Origin: Octopus vulgaris
Taxonomy: Eukaryota
DNA: 64,000 nucleotides
Assembly (NCBI GenBank): GCA_951406725.2
Contig: OX597842.1
Location: 15,190,001 to 15,254,000 of the forward strand
Direction of reading: 5' to 3'
Part shown: positions 23,992-37,950 of the stretch, piece after piece
Layout of the letters: the number at the start of each line of letters is the position of its first letter
Position numbering within the stretch: position 1 is the stretch's first letter
Program-made: the position numbers and the translations under genes
Notes under the pieces: generated by a model
The model's input: the letters and a program-made list of their open reading frames with translations, nothing else
Database searches by the model: none
Told to the model about the DNA's origin: nothing

Positions 23992-24842
23992 TACATAGAT
24001 GTATGTATATATGTATAGTCATGATAAGAATTATCTGTAAACACGTGATACGTCGTAAAATCCCTTTTGTTCATCCAACAGCGTGTCACTAGAATCACTT
24101 ATGGAAACGTGCTGACAGAAGCTATCACTTGGGAGATTTGTGTTCATGATTATATCATTCTTCATGAATTTTCTATTGAATGGTTCAGTAGATAAAGTAG
24201 TAGACAGCAATAGATATATTACTGGTACACAACAATATTACGTTTTATTGGTGGTTAAAAAGTAAACAAATCTTCAAAGACGTAATCCATATAGCTGTGT
24301 AGCACTGATGCGAGCAACTTTCCACTTTCAACTGTTGCTGTCGTACTGTAAAATTAAAGATATTTTCATAAGCATTCATTGCTGTGATGACCTCAATTTC
24401 TCTGAGTCAATGAAGAAAACTGACCAATATGAAGCGTTAGATGTGCGGCCGTTTTCGTCTAGGTTCAATTTGTAATTGAACAATTATGTTGTTCAAATTA
24501 ACAGCTGTTTATGATTGATGTTGTATCAACATTATTTATAAACACCTACAAACAAGGGTATGGCTTATTCAACTATAAAGGATCCCATATTGTTATGTAA
24601 CGCCCCCACCCACTGTTTCAGTCAATTCCAGAAAGTAGGAGATCCTAAGGATGTACAGCAATGAGTATATACAAATGATGAAGTGGACACATTAAGCAAT
24701 CTCAGTGCTATATGAATTTGGAGATGTTCATTAACTTCCATTCATTCATAAATTTTTTGTGTGGCGTTTAATTTGCATCTAATATTTCATCTGAAAGCAT
24801 CTGTAAATTCCCCTAAATTTCATTTTAACTTTTTCGTTGCAG

Positions 24843-25074
24843 AAAATGTTGAGGAGGTTTCAACAATACTCAGCGATATTTCCAAGAAATCAGTTTATTT
24901 CAAAGCAGAAGATATTGACTTGGCTGTTGATATTCAAGAGAAAATGCTGCCATTGATATCGAGTGTGTCCGCCGATATAACACTAAAGAATATTCTTCTT
25001 AGTGTCAACAATATGATAGACACACCGGAAGAGATTTTGATTGAAGCAGAACAATCAGATGGAACTGGGAGCAG
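24843..25074 (+). CDS. aGPCR exon: GAIN subdomain A helices
   Basis: ttgcag acceptor, AG|gtaaaa donor; ENVEEVSTILSDISKK...EDIDLAVDIQEKM...SVNNMID...EAEQSDGTGSR; phase 1 to 2. Confidence 0.92.
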
Positions 25075-25102
25075 GTAAAACACATATCACATTTGCCTTC
25101 AG

Positions 25103-25255
25103 TGTAGCAGCAGCAGCAGCAGCAGTAGCAGGGAAGTAGTAGTTATACTCGTAGTAGTGTTGGCGGTGGTGGTAGCAGTGGTGGTGGATGTAGTAGTAGT
25201 AAGAGGAGAAGGAGGAGGAGTAGTTGGGTTATCGACGGTTGCGGTGGCTCTAGTG

Positions 25256-25313
<58 letters not shown>

Positions 25314-25460
25314 AAGAAGAAGAAGAAGAAGAAGACGAAGAATGGGAACAACAACAACAAGAAAAGACGAAGAAATTGATGATGATGATGATGATGATAG
25401 TGATGATAAAGAAGCAACAACGGCAGCTCTAGCAGCAGACGTAGTAGAAACAATAGTAGC
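25103..25460. repeat. Compound trinucleotide microsatellite (CAG/TAG/GAA/CAA/GAT)
   Basis: Visible directly; source of the poly-L/V/Y ORFs. Confidence 0.95.
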
Positions 25461-25566
25461 ATAAATAGATTTATTAATCAATTTAATTAGTGTAATTACA
25501 CCTATATCTAATTACGTATTTGAAACACACTCTTAGTTGAGATTTATTTTCTTGATTTTCTCACAG

Positions 25567-25738
25567 AATGCTGGACATTATAGAAGCAATCCCTGAAGAG
25601 ATTCCACTGGAAGAGCAGCAACTGACAGTCTTACATCCTAATCTTGGTATTGGTGCCATCAAAGTGGAGAAGGACACGTTCAACGGTGCTGTCTATGGTA
25701 TTTCATTTGGAAATAATGGAACTGAAGCTATGACAACG
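25567..25738 (+). CDS. aGPCR exon: GAIN domain
   Basis: tcacag acceptor, gtatat donor; MLDIIEAIPEEIPLEEQQLTVLHPNLGIGAIKV...EAMTT; phase 2 to 0. Confidence 0.9.
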
Positions 25739-25921
25739 GTATATATCTTTCTCCTGATTACTCCCTTATTAACCGTTTATTCTAAATACCCAAATTGATA
25801 AAATCGTCACGACAGTGCCCCAGCATGGCCTCAGTATAATGACTGAGAGAAGTAAACGATAAAAGATATACTATACATTCTCCGCTGCTTAGACCATCAG
25901 TCAAGATGTTAAGAGTAGTGA

Positions 25922-25993
<72 letters not shown>

Positions 25994-26040
25994 GGAACTC
26001 TTCTTTATACTTCATAACGAAGTCATAACACGATGTTTTG

Positions 26041-26077
26041 AGAAATTTGAAAAGTTAACACGAAACCGGTAATTTCT
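26041..26077 (+). ncRNA. Degenerate hammerhead motif (core mutated)
   Basis: agaaau-UUGAAAA-gu(uaac)ac-GAAAC-cg-GUA-auuucu; stems retained, CUGANGA has two changes. Confidence 0.45.
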
Positions 26078-28087
26078 TCAAATACTATGACACTGTATGA
26101 AAATATTTTATAACATTCTTCTGACATAATGACTCAAATATATTTCTTAAACTTTTAAAACAAGCCTTCTGTAGTTTTTTCACTTTTTACTATTTTCTCT
26201 CTCTCTCTATATATATATATATGCAATGCAGGGCTTGGCACACGATCTCGATTGGATCAGTGTATGTCTCAGCAAACACCGTTTGAATAAGCAAGGTCAT
26301 GGCAGTCACTAAGGAAGCTGAGCAGCTTACCATACACTGGCAATCTGTCGTACTAACCGAACTTGACAAGGGTTAGTAGCTGGCTTCTATTATTTACAAC
26401 ACAAATCACTGTAACTAGGAAATTAGAACAGTTCTTGCTGCAGGAAAATGAACACCGAAATTAATCGGTACAATATAAATTAACTGCGCCCTCAAGAAAA
26501 GTATCATGCTAAAACTTTTACAGACACTAGTATGACTAGTAGTGTTTATTGGGTGTTACTCATGGACCCTGAGTGTGGTAATGGAAAGAGACTTACAAGT
26601 AATATTCGTACTAAGGCCCTCGACTCTGTCATAAGGATGAGAATATTTGTTTACTGTATGTATTCTTATTTCAAGGCCACTTGCCAAGAGAGAAAGAGAG
26701 AGAGAGTGAGATAGAGAGAGAGAGAGAGCTGGTTTCAATTCTAGACCCATGGTCCTTCGTTGGAATTTCAACATCAACAACGGAGTATTTTTGTTTGCAT
26801 TTATGTATGTATTACATGGAAAATGCGAGCATGAAAAGTAATATTCTTAAGATTATAAACCTGGAAAAGTACAAGGCAAACTATTCCTTCAAGTAAATTA
26901 AATAACAAGAAACTTTTTACTTTGCAACGAAGAATGTCAGTTCTTCTAATTTATCACTCTTTACAGTTGTCATCTTTTAAATTTATTATACAAAACTGTT
27001 CGGTTAATTAGTAATTTTGTCTAGTTAGTTACTTTTCTGTGTATTTAAGGTAGAAAATTAGCCAAATTCTACTTAAATATATATCGTGTTATTTGTAAAC
27101 TATAATAAAATAAGTTTTAATATTCAAATTTGAATTTTAGCTACAATATTTTAAGTAAATATTTCTCGTTCTTTACTTGAAGTAATAGTTTGTCCTATAC
27201 TTTTGCAGATGTAATAACTTGTCATGTACTTTTCCAGGTTTATAATCTTAAGAATATTACTTTTCTTGCACGCGATTTTCCATTTAATTCATGACATTTT
27301 CAGGCATTGCTGTTATAAGATAATCAATAATGTGTCAATTAATAATTTTTGATTTTACCTTATAAAATACTGAAAGATAATATTTCAATTTTTACATGTT
27401 TAATTTGAATTTAAGTTGTGATTGAATTATTTGATATTACCCATCCACAAAGGGTTTAGTAGCATATTAGGAGATCACAGGAATTCATTCAACGAATAAA
27501 ACAATTCCAATGATTCCGGTGTTGGGGATGGATTCCGCCTCGCTCCAACCCCATTTTTCCGAAGCAAAATAAGGGGTTTGCAGCATATTAGGAGGTCAGC
27601 GTACTTGATTCCACGCACAAAGTCCAATTTTGAAAATGGTGCGAGTGTTAATATATAAATTTACCATATTGTAGGTAAAAGGTAAAAAAATAGATAGAAA
27701 TATGTATTTATCTATGAAGATATAATATGGCTTTAAACAACATAAGAAACTCACGAATATCCTTAAAAATAAATGTTTAACATAATAAATGGGTTGTATG
27801 ACATAATCCTAATGTTTTAAGTTTCTAATTTATATAATGGAGTTTTTTTTATAAGAAAAAGTATTATTTTTTTATTTCTTTAAAAATATTGTTAAACTCT
27901 ATTTGCTTATTTATTTACCTATTATCATTAACCTGAAGATTGACTACAATTTTACTTCGAATTTGTTTCAATTGAATTTAAACTTAATTGTAATTCGAAT
28001 TAAATTATAGTCATGAAACTTACGTAGTGTTTTTACTTATATTATATTTATCATTCTTTTTATACTTTTTGGAAAAAAATGATATAA

Positions 28088-28128
<41 letters not shown>

Positions 28129-28523
28129 TATATTAATTATATTTATATTTATATTATTTGTTATTTATTTATTGGTTTATGTCTATCACTGTTTCAGTTG
28201 CCTAATATTGGTTTTATCCCTAATTCATATTTTATATTTTATATATATATTCTGTGAAATTTGATTTAATACTAAATCTAATTTTTCCCTATAAGTTTGG
28301 AGCCATACTCCCTAGTATATATGTGTATGTGTGTGTGTGCGTGTTTGTGTGTGTGTGTGTGTATGTGTGTATATGTGTGTGTGGCTGTGTGTCTGTGTGG
28401 ATGTCTTGGGTTGTAGATATTTAAGAAAGAAGAGTATGTAAAAATGCACAGTAGGGTTCTATTATAAAATGTATGCTAATAATGATATCATAATGAAACA
28501 AAGGGTTCTACTACAACACTGTA

Positions 28524-29774
28524 TCAGGCCATCCCATAAGTTCTGTCCGAATTTTGAATAAAGAAAACAAGTGATCCAACGTTATATTTATTTGATATTT
28601 AATCATCAATTCACTTTCCCTGACTATCTATGACTTACTTCCATCTATTTACAAGCTTTTTAATCCCATCAATGTAAAACGTTTTGGTTCCAAAACGAAG
28701 AACTCTGAAATGTCAGTTTCAACCTCATCCTGGATGCAAAAGTTTTGTCCCCCAAATGGTAGTCTGAATGAGTAGGGTCGAGAAAATAAAGTGTATGAGG
28801 AATTTTTCCCAACCAAACTCTTCGATCTTCTGTGATGTGATCTTTTTAGTGTGGCATTGTTCTGATGAAACATCACTCCTTTTCGATTCACTAAAGCGGG
28901 GCTTTTTTCTTCAAAGCTTGGTTCAAACGCTCTAGTAGCTGACAGTAGACTTGAGCATTGATTGTTGTATTAAGTGGTAACAATTCAAAGTGAATTACTC
29001 TTTGCAATCCCACCAGATAGAGAGAAGAATCTTTTTTTCCATGACGTTCCCTTCTCGGTTGTGGTTGAGCTTTTCCCTTTTACTAAACCACTGTTTACAA
29101 CGTTTAACATTTCGATAGAAGATCGATTTTTCGTCAACAGTCACAAGTATATTCAAAAAGGTGAAATATGTTCGTGAGAATGGAGGGAAGAGCAGATGTC
29201 AACTCGGGATTTGTGGTTGCTTATGGGCAATTCACGAGGCATTTATTTTCCAAATTTAGGAAACTTTCCAAGTTGTTGAACATGACGATGAACAGTTGTA
29301 TGGTTTGAAGTAAGCTTTATTCCTAATTCTTCAACTGATAATGCAGGATCTTCTTCAAGTAATACCTCAAGGAGATTATCATCAACCTCAACTGGACATC
29401 CTGTTCAATCTTCATCTTCAAGGCTGAATTCTCCACTTCTGAATTTTGCAAGCCACATTCTGCAAGTTCTTTGATTCAAGCATTCTTTCCCATGAAATGA
29501 GTGCGTGTTTTGAGTCGCTTCGGCTGCAGAGTTTCGTTTTCTACTCATAAAGCATTATGTGCCTCAAATGCTCTTTGGATAATTCTTTGTTAGAAAGGGT
29601 TTTAATCAAAGAAATTTTAATTCTATCATTCTGTAAAAGGATATTTAATTAGTTTAAATGTACACAAATGCATAAAACATAATTTTTAAATCCATTAGAC
29701 ATTCGAAAATACTATTAAATGTCATTCAATTTTAAAAACGGGTAAAATCGGACAGAACTTATGGGATGACCTGA
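28524..29774 (-). mobile_element. Full-length decayed mariner (1251 bp) with TIRs and TA target duplication
   Basis: TA|TCAGGCCATCCCATAAGTTCTGTCCGA ... TCGGACAGAACTTATGGGATGACCTGA|TA; NRKGVMFHQNNA remnant. Confidence 0.9.
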
Positions 29775-30813
29775 TATAAGAAACTGGGAGTTCCGGTCTT
29801 AGATTTCAGCCATTTTTCTGCAAAAATTATTGTCAACAATCGGATTGGATCAGCAGTCGTCGAATAAGCTTTCTCCCTTCTAGAATTGAGAAGCTCACTT
29901 TCTCTAGATTCGCATTTAGGCAGTATGTTATATAAACCGTAGCCGCAATAATTACAGGTATAAACCTGAACTTGTAATCTGGATATAGAAACTGCAGATT
30001 TCTCAATAGTCCAGTGTAGGTATTCTCTTTTGAATGACCTTCAACTTTCTGTTAACATCCGATGGGCTGCTAACTTTCCCAACTGTGCACAGTTTCTCTT
30101 CTGCTTCCCAAATCATTATTATATTAAGTTTGCTTACGTTTTATTGAGGTCTTGACATTCCACTAGTACTCCTTTTTTTATTATGAGTGGCTATGGCTTC
30201 TACCATACTGTGGATCCTTATTTCTTTGTCTTCAGCGTTAAGCTTCCGACAGTTTTCATTATAGAGTGCCCTATCTATAACGTCATGTCTCATCTACATA
30301 TAATACAGCGATGACATTTTCGGACAACCGCTCATAATATGGGTGATTTATTCAATGTTAACTCCACAAAGTCTGCGTCGGTTGTCACATTTTACTGCTT
30401 GTCCTGCATCTCTGTTCCTTTTGTGTATCAGGCACTTGGTTCATATTTCTTGTTCTTGTATTGCAAAAGCTTTGCCTTCAAAGTAGGAGGTGGTAATCCG
30501 GCGATTGCTTCACGATAAAACTGCTTTGACGATCGATGTCACTATCATCTCAGAGCTTTCTACTAACATAACCGTCTATGTATGTATGGATGTATGTATT
30601 TATGTATGCACACACATATACATACACACACACACACACACACACACATACATATATTATAATTTAGGGTATCTAAGAGATACCACCACGGTGGAAATAG
30701 CAGCCAAAACGTGATTCTAAAACCTAATTATTACCTTTGGAGATTTTTATTCCCATGCTGGCCAATTGATGAGATCGATATTTAAATTAACGATCTTATC
30801 CTTATTTATATAA

Positions 30814-30858
<45 letters not shown>

Positions 30859-30889
30859 GAGAGAGAGAGAGAGCATAGTTTATTTGAGG

Positions 30890-32040
30890 ATATTTTGGGG
30901 GTTATTCCTGCACTTTTTGCTATCTCTGCATAATATTTGTTTCAGAAAATAATAATGTCAGACACAAGAAATGAGGAGACATGCTGTTATTTTGGTTATA
31001 GAGGCTTAGCATAGCTATTTAGCTATTCAGAAATATCTCGGGTTTTAAAAGTGCCCATATCTTTCGTCTACAAGGTTTGTAAGGAACTAGAAACTGATGC
31101 TGGAAACGTATCACCGGTATCAAAGCGGAAAAATGCATTCTAATCGCTCTGATATCACCAGAAGACCTGAATTTATCAAGCAGGTTCAACAAACCATTGA
31201 TTGCAACACTAGAAAGTCCCTTAGGACTTTCTATGTTCTCCACGAAGTCATCTTATATGACGAGGAAAGATAAATTTGTCAGAAAAAGCAAACGAAAATC
31301 ACTACACCAGCTCTAAAAGGCTCTTAATCAATCTGAAAAATCCGGCAGAATATTTGATTTGGTTTTTCTCAAACGAGAATAACTTCGACCAAATCAAACG
31401 TTAAGGGAAGAGATGATAGATGGTTATGCGCAGACCCTTCTGAATTCCCAAGTGTTATGCATACAACATTTTCTGCAATTGCCATGTTTTTAGGGGCTGT
31501 CAGCAATAAAGAAAAAAGTATGCCTCCTTGATTCTTTCCACAAGGCCTTAGAGTTAGATCCACCGACTAGAGTGAGGTCCTGGTAATAATTGTTAAGACC
31601 TGGATAAACAGTGTATGCAATGGAATGTCATATGTGTTTCAGCAGGCCCCTGCACTATTACGCATGGCTCTTGTAACACAGGAATGCATGGCTGAACATT
31701 TTCATGATCACATATCCCCTAACGTTTTGCTTCCTAATTCCCCAATCTCAATCCATTGGACTATTACATGCGGAGCGTTGTTGAGAGAGAGGTCAATGAA
31801 CACGCCCATAACACCAAAGATGCTTTGAGAGCTGCCATAGTCTGGGAATGTCTAAAATGAACCAAGACCACTTGATTCGAGCATGTAGATGATTTAGAAC
31901 TCATACAGAAGTAGGTGTTGAAGACGACGGTGGTATATTGAATAAAATGATAGAAAATGTTTCACTTTTTGATCCTCATAACATTTTTTCTTATATAAAG
32001 TCGTTATCTGTTTATATATTAGATTTTTTCTAATAGACAT
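30890..32040 (+). mobile_element. Decayed DD37D/maT-like transposon
   Basis: FFSNENNFDQ, YVFQQAP and PNSPNLNPLDY remnants in shifted frames; boundaries approximate. Confidence 0.7.
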
Positions 32041-32041
32041 A

Positions 32042-32084
<43 letters not shown>

Positions 32085-32089
<5 letters not shown>

Positions 32090-32195
32090 TTTATTGAAAA
32101 GCAGCAAAAATACCAAAAAGCTGTTCCTCAGAGTTTCACCTTCCCGTCCGTCAGCCAGTTTTGTTTATAATGGAACAGTCTAGACAAAACTGTCC
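32085..32195 (-). mobile_element. Penelope-like pseudo-LTR fragment with degenerate hammerhead (32121-32158); relatives at 33313-33460 and 16575-16690
   Basis: Minus strand cugg-CUGACGG-ac(gggaag)gu-GAAAC-ucuga-GGA-acag; the same motif is recognisable at 33422-33458 (-) and 16636-16660 (+). Confidence 0.55.
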
Positions 32196-32771
32196 CTGAT
32201 CCTTCTTTCTTCTGCATCGGATTTTAAAACCAAAATAAAAAAGCAAATTGACTGAAGAAAAAAATATGAATGTAAATTGATTTGTGATTCAAAATATTTT
32301 GAAGCAATTAATTAAAGTGCATGATTACAATAGTGAAATGAACAGTGTTATTAATATATATTAGATGTTTCTCTCAACCAATATAGTGAGAGGTTCATTT
32401 GTGTCTATGTGCCATTATGTGTGGCTATGTGGGTGCATATATATTTGGTTGTATGTATTTGTGTGTGTCTAGTTACAAGATATTTGGCGAATAAATAGTT
32501 ACAAATTGATGTATTTTGCTGAATAGATTCAGATAATACTAATTTGCATTAAATGCTGATGTATTCATGTCACAGGGCGCCCGAGAACAAGAAAGAAATT
32601 GAGGCGTAAAGTAGAAAGCTACTGAATAGACCAAAAATTTATTGATCAACGAAGAGACCCTTTTGGTTGCTTGTGTAAGATATTAGTAAGAGGTGATTCT
32701 GGTAGATTTAGATATTATGTTGTTATGTTTTAGTAATGTAGCGGTTGTGGAAGACATTCAAATTTCAACAA

Positions 32772-32912
32772 CTGTAGTAGCAGTAGCAGTAGTAGTAGTA
32801 GCAGTAGTAGCAGTAGTAGTAGTAGTAGTAGTAGTAGCTGTTGTTGTTGTAGTACTAGTTGTAGTAGTAGTACTAGTAGCTGTAATAGTGCTAGTAGTAG
32901 TAGTAGTAGTAG
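32772..32912. repeat. (TAG/CAG)n microsatellite just upstream of a GAIN exon
   Basis: Visible directly. Confidence 0.95.
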
Positions 32913-32948
32913 ATTTTGCTTATCCATTTCATTTTCTTTTTCTTTCAG

Positions 32949-33098
32949 ATACAAAACTCAAATTCACACCTACAGGTAAAAGATACGGCAAACTTCATTT
33001 CATTAGGAAGGAGCTTATTAACACACCTGAAAGAAGGAGAAGAATCAAAATGGTCACGAATGACCTTTTTTTCTTTGCGGGATGATAAGCTATATAGG
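32949..33098 (+). CDS. aGPCR exon: GAIN domain
   Basis: tctttcag acceptor, gtatgg donor; 150 nt, IQNSNSHLQVKDTANFISLGRSLL...SRMTFFSLRDDKLYR; phase 0 to 0. Confidence 0.88.
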
Positions 33099-33191
33099 GT
33101 ATGGAACGAACCAAAATGGAAATTTTGTTGACTAAATGTTTTAATTCATTGTTCCTTCTTTGATAACAGTACAAATACAACACAGCTGCCA

Positions 33192-33235
<44 letters not shown>

Positions 33236-33247
33236 CTCTCTCTCTCA

Positions 33248-33317
<70 letters not shown>

Positions 33318-34303
33318 CAGAGTAAGCACATAAATGCGAAACATGGTGGAAAGAATCGTACACAAAGACCAGAGGTAGAGTAATATACTTTATTAAAAAG
33401 TACCAAAAGTATCACAAAAAACTGTTAATCAGAATTTCAGGTTCCCGTTCGTCGAATAGATTTGTTTAGAATGGAATAAAAATAAGGTTATAAGCAAATA
33501 TATGCAATTAGTTTAATGGATACACATTTGAAAATGGTTTTGTTTCATTGGTCCTTTCAGCTAACGGTTTTTACAATGACCGGTCGCATGCAATGATCAC
33601 ATTTTCGTTTAAAATCATCTTATAACTCGAAGAAAACCTTCAATCGAAAATAGCTTATATAAAGGACAAATCCTAAATACCCAGGGTAAATAATTATTTG
33701 TAAAATATTAATCAGATAATACATTAAAAGTTATATCCGTTCAAAAAAGTTTTGTTGAAAAGTTAATTCTTTTTTAACGGATATAACTTTTGTGACACTA
33801 TTAATTTTAGTTGGACAACATTTTCAACAGAAAACTTTCACGGCCGAATATTGAAAACCGCTTCTGGCACACATTTCATAACATAATCCTTATTTTTTGG
33901 GAGTTTTCTCGGATTTTTTAAGATAATAAATGCATAAAGTGTCAATATGTTTTTCTTTCACAATTTTCTGGGTCTTCCCAGGCAGACAGAATAAAATCTC
34001 GGTCGCCGGTAGCTCGCGTCGAACTACGTTGACGTATGTGCAAAGGGCACACTTAAGTTAGTAACTTAGAGTGCTAGAAGTTAAGTATCAAAACAAATTG
34101 AGCGGACTCTTTGGTGACATAATACTAAATATAATATTATATATATATATATAACATTATATATGTATGTATGTATGTATTATAAGTCGTTCTGCTGTCT
34201 AAAATAATGGTGTCTAAGAACAAGACTAATGTTTAATCGTTTCATATTTTAGCAGTCCTATTCAGTTGAATGAATGAATTTCTTTTGTGACATTTCTTTA
34301 CAG

Positions 34304-34432
34304 GTAATACAAAAATCTAGAACCAAAGCAATCACAAAAATTTACAGTAATGTTATTGCTGCAAGTATTCCTAACATTCGAATAACCAATCTTGATGAAC
34401 CAGTTATTATCTCATACAATTTAATAAATCAG
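34304..34432 (+). CDS. aGPCR exon: GAIN subdomain B
   Basis: ttacag acceptor, CAG|gtaacg donor; contains SNVIAASIPNIRITNLDEPVIISY; phase 0 to 0. Confidence 0.92.
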
Positions 34433-34922
34433 GTAACGGCTGTGCATTTTTTATTGCTGTTGTTGATGTTAAGGTTTCCTTTCAAGGCCTTGTGGCTTCA
34501 TAATGTCAATATTGTATGATGGTGATGTATATTTATATTTTCCAACAAGATATGTTCCAGAATGTTTGTATTGTATTTTAGTATCATCACTATATTGTTT
34601 ATTGAATGTTCCTATATTGCTTTTGACTGAGATTGTGTAATTTCAGTGTGAATTTCATTAGGTTTGCTTATGATGCCTGCTGTACTTTTTGCTATTGTTG
34701 TAATATCCTTACCATTCTCTGATTCAGTTGACTTATGATGAAACACATCCCATCTGTAAACGTATTGTAATCAAACATTTCATTAAGTATTTCTAGAACA
34801 ATACTGTACAATGTCTTTTTCTATTATTATCAGTATACGGTGAAATTTAGTAACGACTTATCATAATGACATGTCTTTTAATTAGAAGGTAAATTAAGTT
34901 ATTAGAATTTTACTTTTCCAAG

Positions 34923-35072
34923 ATTGCCACCAAACCACAGTGTGTTTATTGGGACCAATCTCCTGGACAGGATCCCCGTTGGTCAACAAAAGGCTGTATT
35001 ACATCCGAGTATGTACCTGGAGAGAAAGTACTCTGTTCCTGTAACCATCTGACAAGTTTTGCCCTGCAAATG
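34923..35072 (+). CDS. aGPCR exon: GPS motif and Stachel
   Basis: IATKPQCVYWDQSPGQDPRWSTKGCITSEYVPGEKVLCSCNHLTSFALQM; not in the supplied ORF track; phase 0 to 0. Confidence 0.95.
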
Positions 35073-35742
35073 GTTGGTAACTTTATGAATTGGTATTTAC
35101 ATGTAGTTTGGCAGTATATCTATGTACTATTAATTTAAAAGAGTTCTATATCATCATACCTACTAAATTGTTGTGTTGATTGTATTTTAGTAATTATGTG
35201 AGGGTTTTTCTTATCTTGTCATTACTCACAATGTCTTGTATGCAAGGCCAAAATATTTCTGAAGTAGTGAAATCTTCCTACTTGTAAAAGCGATTTTGGT
35301 AAAAAAGTAAGGGTTAACTTCCAGTGCCTAAAAGGTCTTAAAATGCAATAATGATCATGCTTTGTATTATGTTAAAGGAATGAGAAATATATAACTACTT
35401 TCTCATTACAAAATCGGTCTCTCTTATTTAATTAAGATGGCTTAATTGAAGCAGCTTGAATTATCTGTCCGGATAACATATACAAAGTCAATTTAAACTC
35501 AGGCTCTATAGACTAGTGGTACATCTCATACTTCCACATATACACCTCGTGTGTACACAATGTGAAACTTCACATGGAAATAGTCTATCATCCAGCATAC
35601 AGTGTTTCTAATGTAGCTTTTTGTAATCCTTACTTTCTACATCAAGACTATATACAAACTCGTATATTATACAAGTATTGACTACCATATACGGAAAGAA
35701 GTGGATGAGGATATAATATATTGTTGTTTGTTTCTATTCCAG

Positions 35743-35843
35743 ATTGAAGAAAATACAAAGAATATTCACTTCATATCAAACGTTGGCTGTGGAATATCGT
35801 TTGTCTTTCTCGTTCTTACAGTAATACTTCATGTTTCTTTCAA
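35743..35843 (+). CDS. aGPCR exon: TM1
   Basis: ttccag acceptor, AA|gtaagc donor; IEENTKNIHFISNVGCGISFVFLVLTVILHVSFK; phase 0 to 2. Confidence 0.92.
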
Positions 35844-36739
35844 GTAAGCATTTCAATTTCATTTATAAACTGGTTAAATACAGAAAAGCTGCATCCATCA
35901 GTTTGTGGGGTTTTCAGACAAACATGTACCCTATATACCACCATACATACAATCATATATACACACATCAAATATAACATCATACATACATGACATATAT
36001 AAGATCATACATATATCACGTGTATAATCACAGATATATCGACAATGGAGATTAAGAAAAGTGTCTTAGACCTAGCGTTGAGCAACCACACTCTCACTAT
36101 TCATTAGGGTAATAGTCAAAAGTACCTCCTCTCAGACCATGAAATGGTAATTTGTAGTTTATCCTTCACTATCAAAACATCAGACCAAAATCATTGATCT
36201 CAGTGCACCCATTTGACAACATCGACTTAGATAAAACAAAAGAAGAGAAATTACGCATGGCCTGTCATTTGTTCAATAGTCCTTCACTTAAATCACTCCA
36301 AAATAAAAGTGAGTTGGGGCTACCTTAGGTTCCAGTCCCCCATGTATCAGCTATCCACATCCCAGCTCAACTCACCAATAATAATAGATGTCGGCTCTGA
36401 AAAAGGACTGAGTGACATTCATCAGAAAATCAAATAAAACAAACAGAATAGTATATTGGTTAAAATGCTGCCGACTGTAGCAGCCCATCTCAAGTGCAAT
36501 AATTACGTTATGGGTGCAAGTGCTGATAAATATGTTTTATATTTCATTCAGGTCAATATACACAGATATTTTCCACCAACATCTGAACTTAAAATCTTTA
36601 CATATTAATTTAAAATATCATTTGTGTTCCAAATAACCATCACTTATACGCACATAGTTATAATTTTGCATTGAATGATTTTTAAAGTTTTAATCTTCAG
36701 TAAATGAAATGTTTGCGATTTCTTTTTCTATTATTTCAG

Positions 36740-36863
36740 AAATCTAAGGAAATTAATGGCTTCAAAGATTTTAGTATGCCTGTGCATTTCTCTAGCTGTC
36801 AGTAATCTTATCTTTCTTGTTGGGATGCAAGAATATGCAACGACAAAACCAGCTGCTTGTAAG
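36740..36863 (+). CDS. aGPCR exon: TM2/ECL1
   Basis: tttcag acceptor, AAG|gtaaga donor; NLRKLMASKILVCLCISLAVSNLIFLVGMQEYATTKPAACK; phase 2 to 0. Confidence 0.94.
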
Positions 36864-37029
36864 GTAAGAGAAAACACATTTTAGCCAGTATGAATTTTGC
36901 TTTATATGAAACACTATGAATATCTGTTTATTACGTCAGATTTCATCCAGTAGGAGACCAAATTCAAATTTGTCTCTGTTATTCAATATCACAATATCCG
37001 GCCGACGGTGTTCGATTACACGATCCGTC

Positions 37030-37950
37030 TGAAAATCATAATTCTAGAGTATCGTTACTTTTCCATCCTCAAACCTTTACTTGCTACATACTCATACCAG
37101 TCCTCTCTTACTTCGTATTGGTATTTACGGCATAAGAGCCAATGAAGATACGCACACATTTTTTCGTGGCTGCGCTTCTATTCTTTTTGTGCAAGGCTCT
37201 CACTTCCACTTACCAATTGGAACACATTTTCCACACTCTTTCCATGGACCTTGCATTTCTGGGTGTCAGAAGTGTTATAGATGTTACACTTCCCTAAATC
37301 GGATGGGACAACTAGTCTTGTGCAGTATTGATCAGGCTTTCGGAGCTACGCTTGAAATCACCTCGCTCACAATGCTGTATTATTCTTAACAACCTATTTA
37401 TTCCTTTCAATCTTTCCCTGTATTCTCATTTCTTTTCTCTTCTCCTCAGCTCTTTGGTTAAACTCTTCCTTGCCCATCATTTCATCTGCATTTACACCCA
37501 TATCGTTCGTCACATATAGCAACAGGACCTCATCACTATTTATGAAATACTCGGCAAGCATTCTCCTTTCACTCCTTGTACAAAGTTCTATACTATTTAG
37601 TCCTCTGCCACCAATCTTTCTTTTTATATATAGTCTGTTTATGCTTGCTTTAGGGTGTAGCGCCCAACGCAGCGTCATCAACTTACCGTCCTTCTATCCC
37701 ATGCTGATATTTCCTCCTTAGTCCATTTGAGCATGATGGATACACTATATCTGAATACCGCAACTGTCCAGATATTCATTGCGGTAATCAAATATTTGGC
37801 ATTCAGGTTGGATTTCAACACCATCTTCGCCCGGTTTTGATACTCCTCACTGACCTTGACTTTCATTTCTATGTGTAGAATGTCATCCAGCTCCAAAATC
37901 CCTAAATATCTACACCCACTGAGGTAAAATATACGAAACCCAGTATACCC
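37030..37950 (-). mobile_element. R4/Dong-like (restriction-like endonuclease class) LINE fragment
   Basis: YLGILE..., LKSNLNAKYLITAMNIWTVAVFRYS, LHPKASINRLYIKRKIGGRGL..IE. Confidence 0.75.

Noticed and set aside
25143-25481. Poly-Leu, poly-Val and poly-Tyr ORFs (also 32693-33085)
   Set aside because: Trinucleotide microsatellites inside introns defined by flanking splice sites.
30762-30795. TTGATGA-gatcg...cgatc partial hammerhead
   Set aside because: The GAAA and cleavage-site half are absent; the similar candidate at about 50686-50728 is also too degenerate.
33726-33791. ~23-bp inverted repeat (aaaagttatatccgtt.aaaaaag)
   Set aside because: Real hairpin but AT-rich with no supporting context; probably TE debris.
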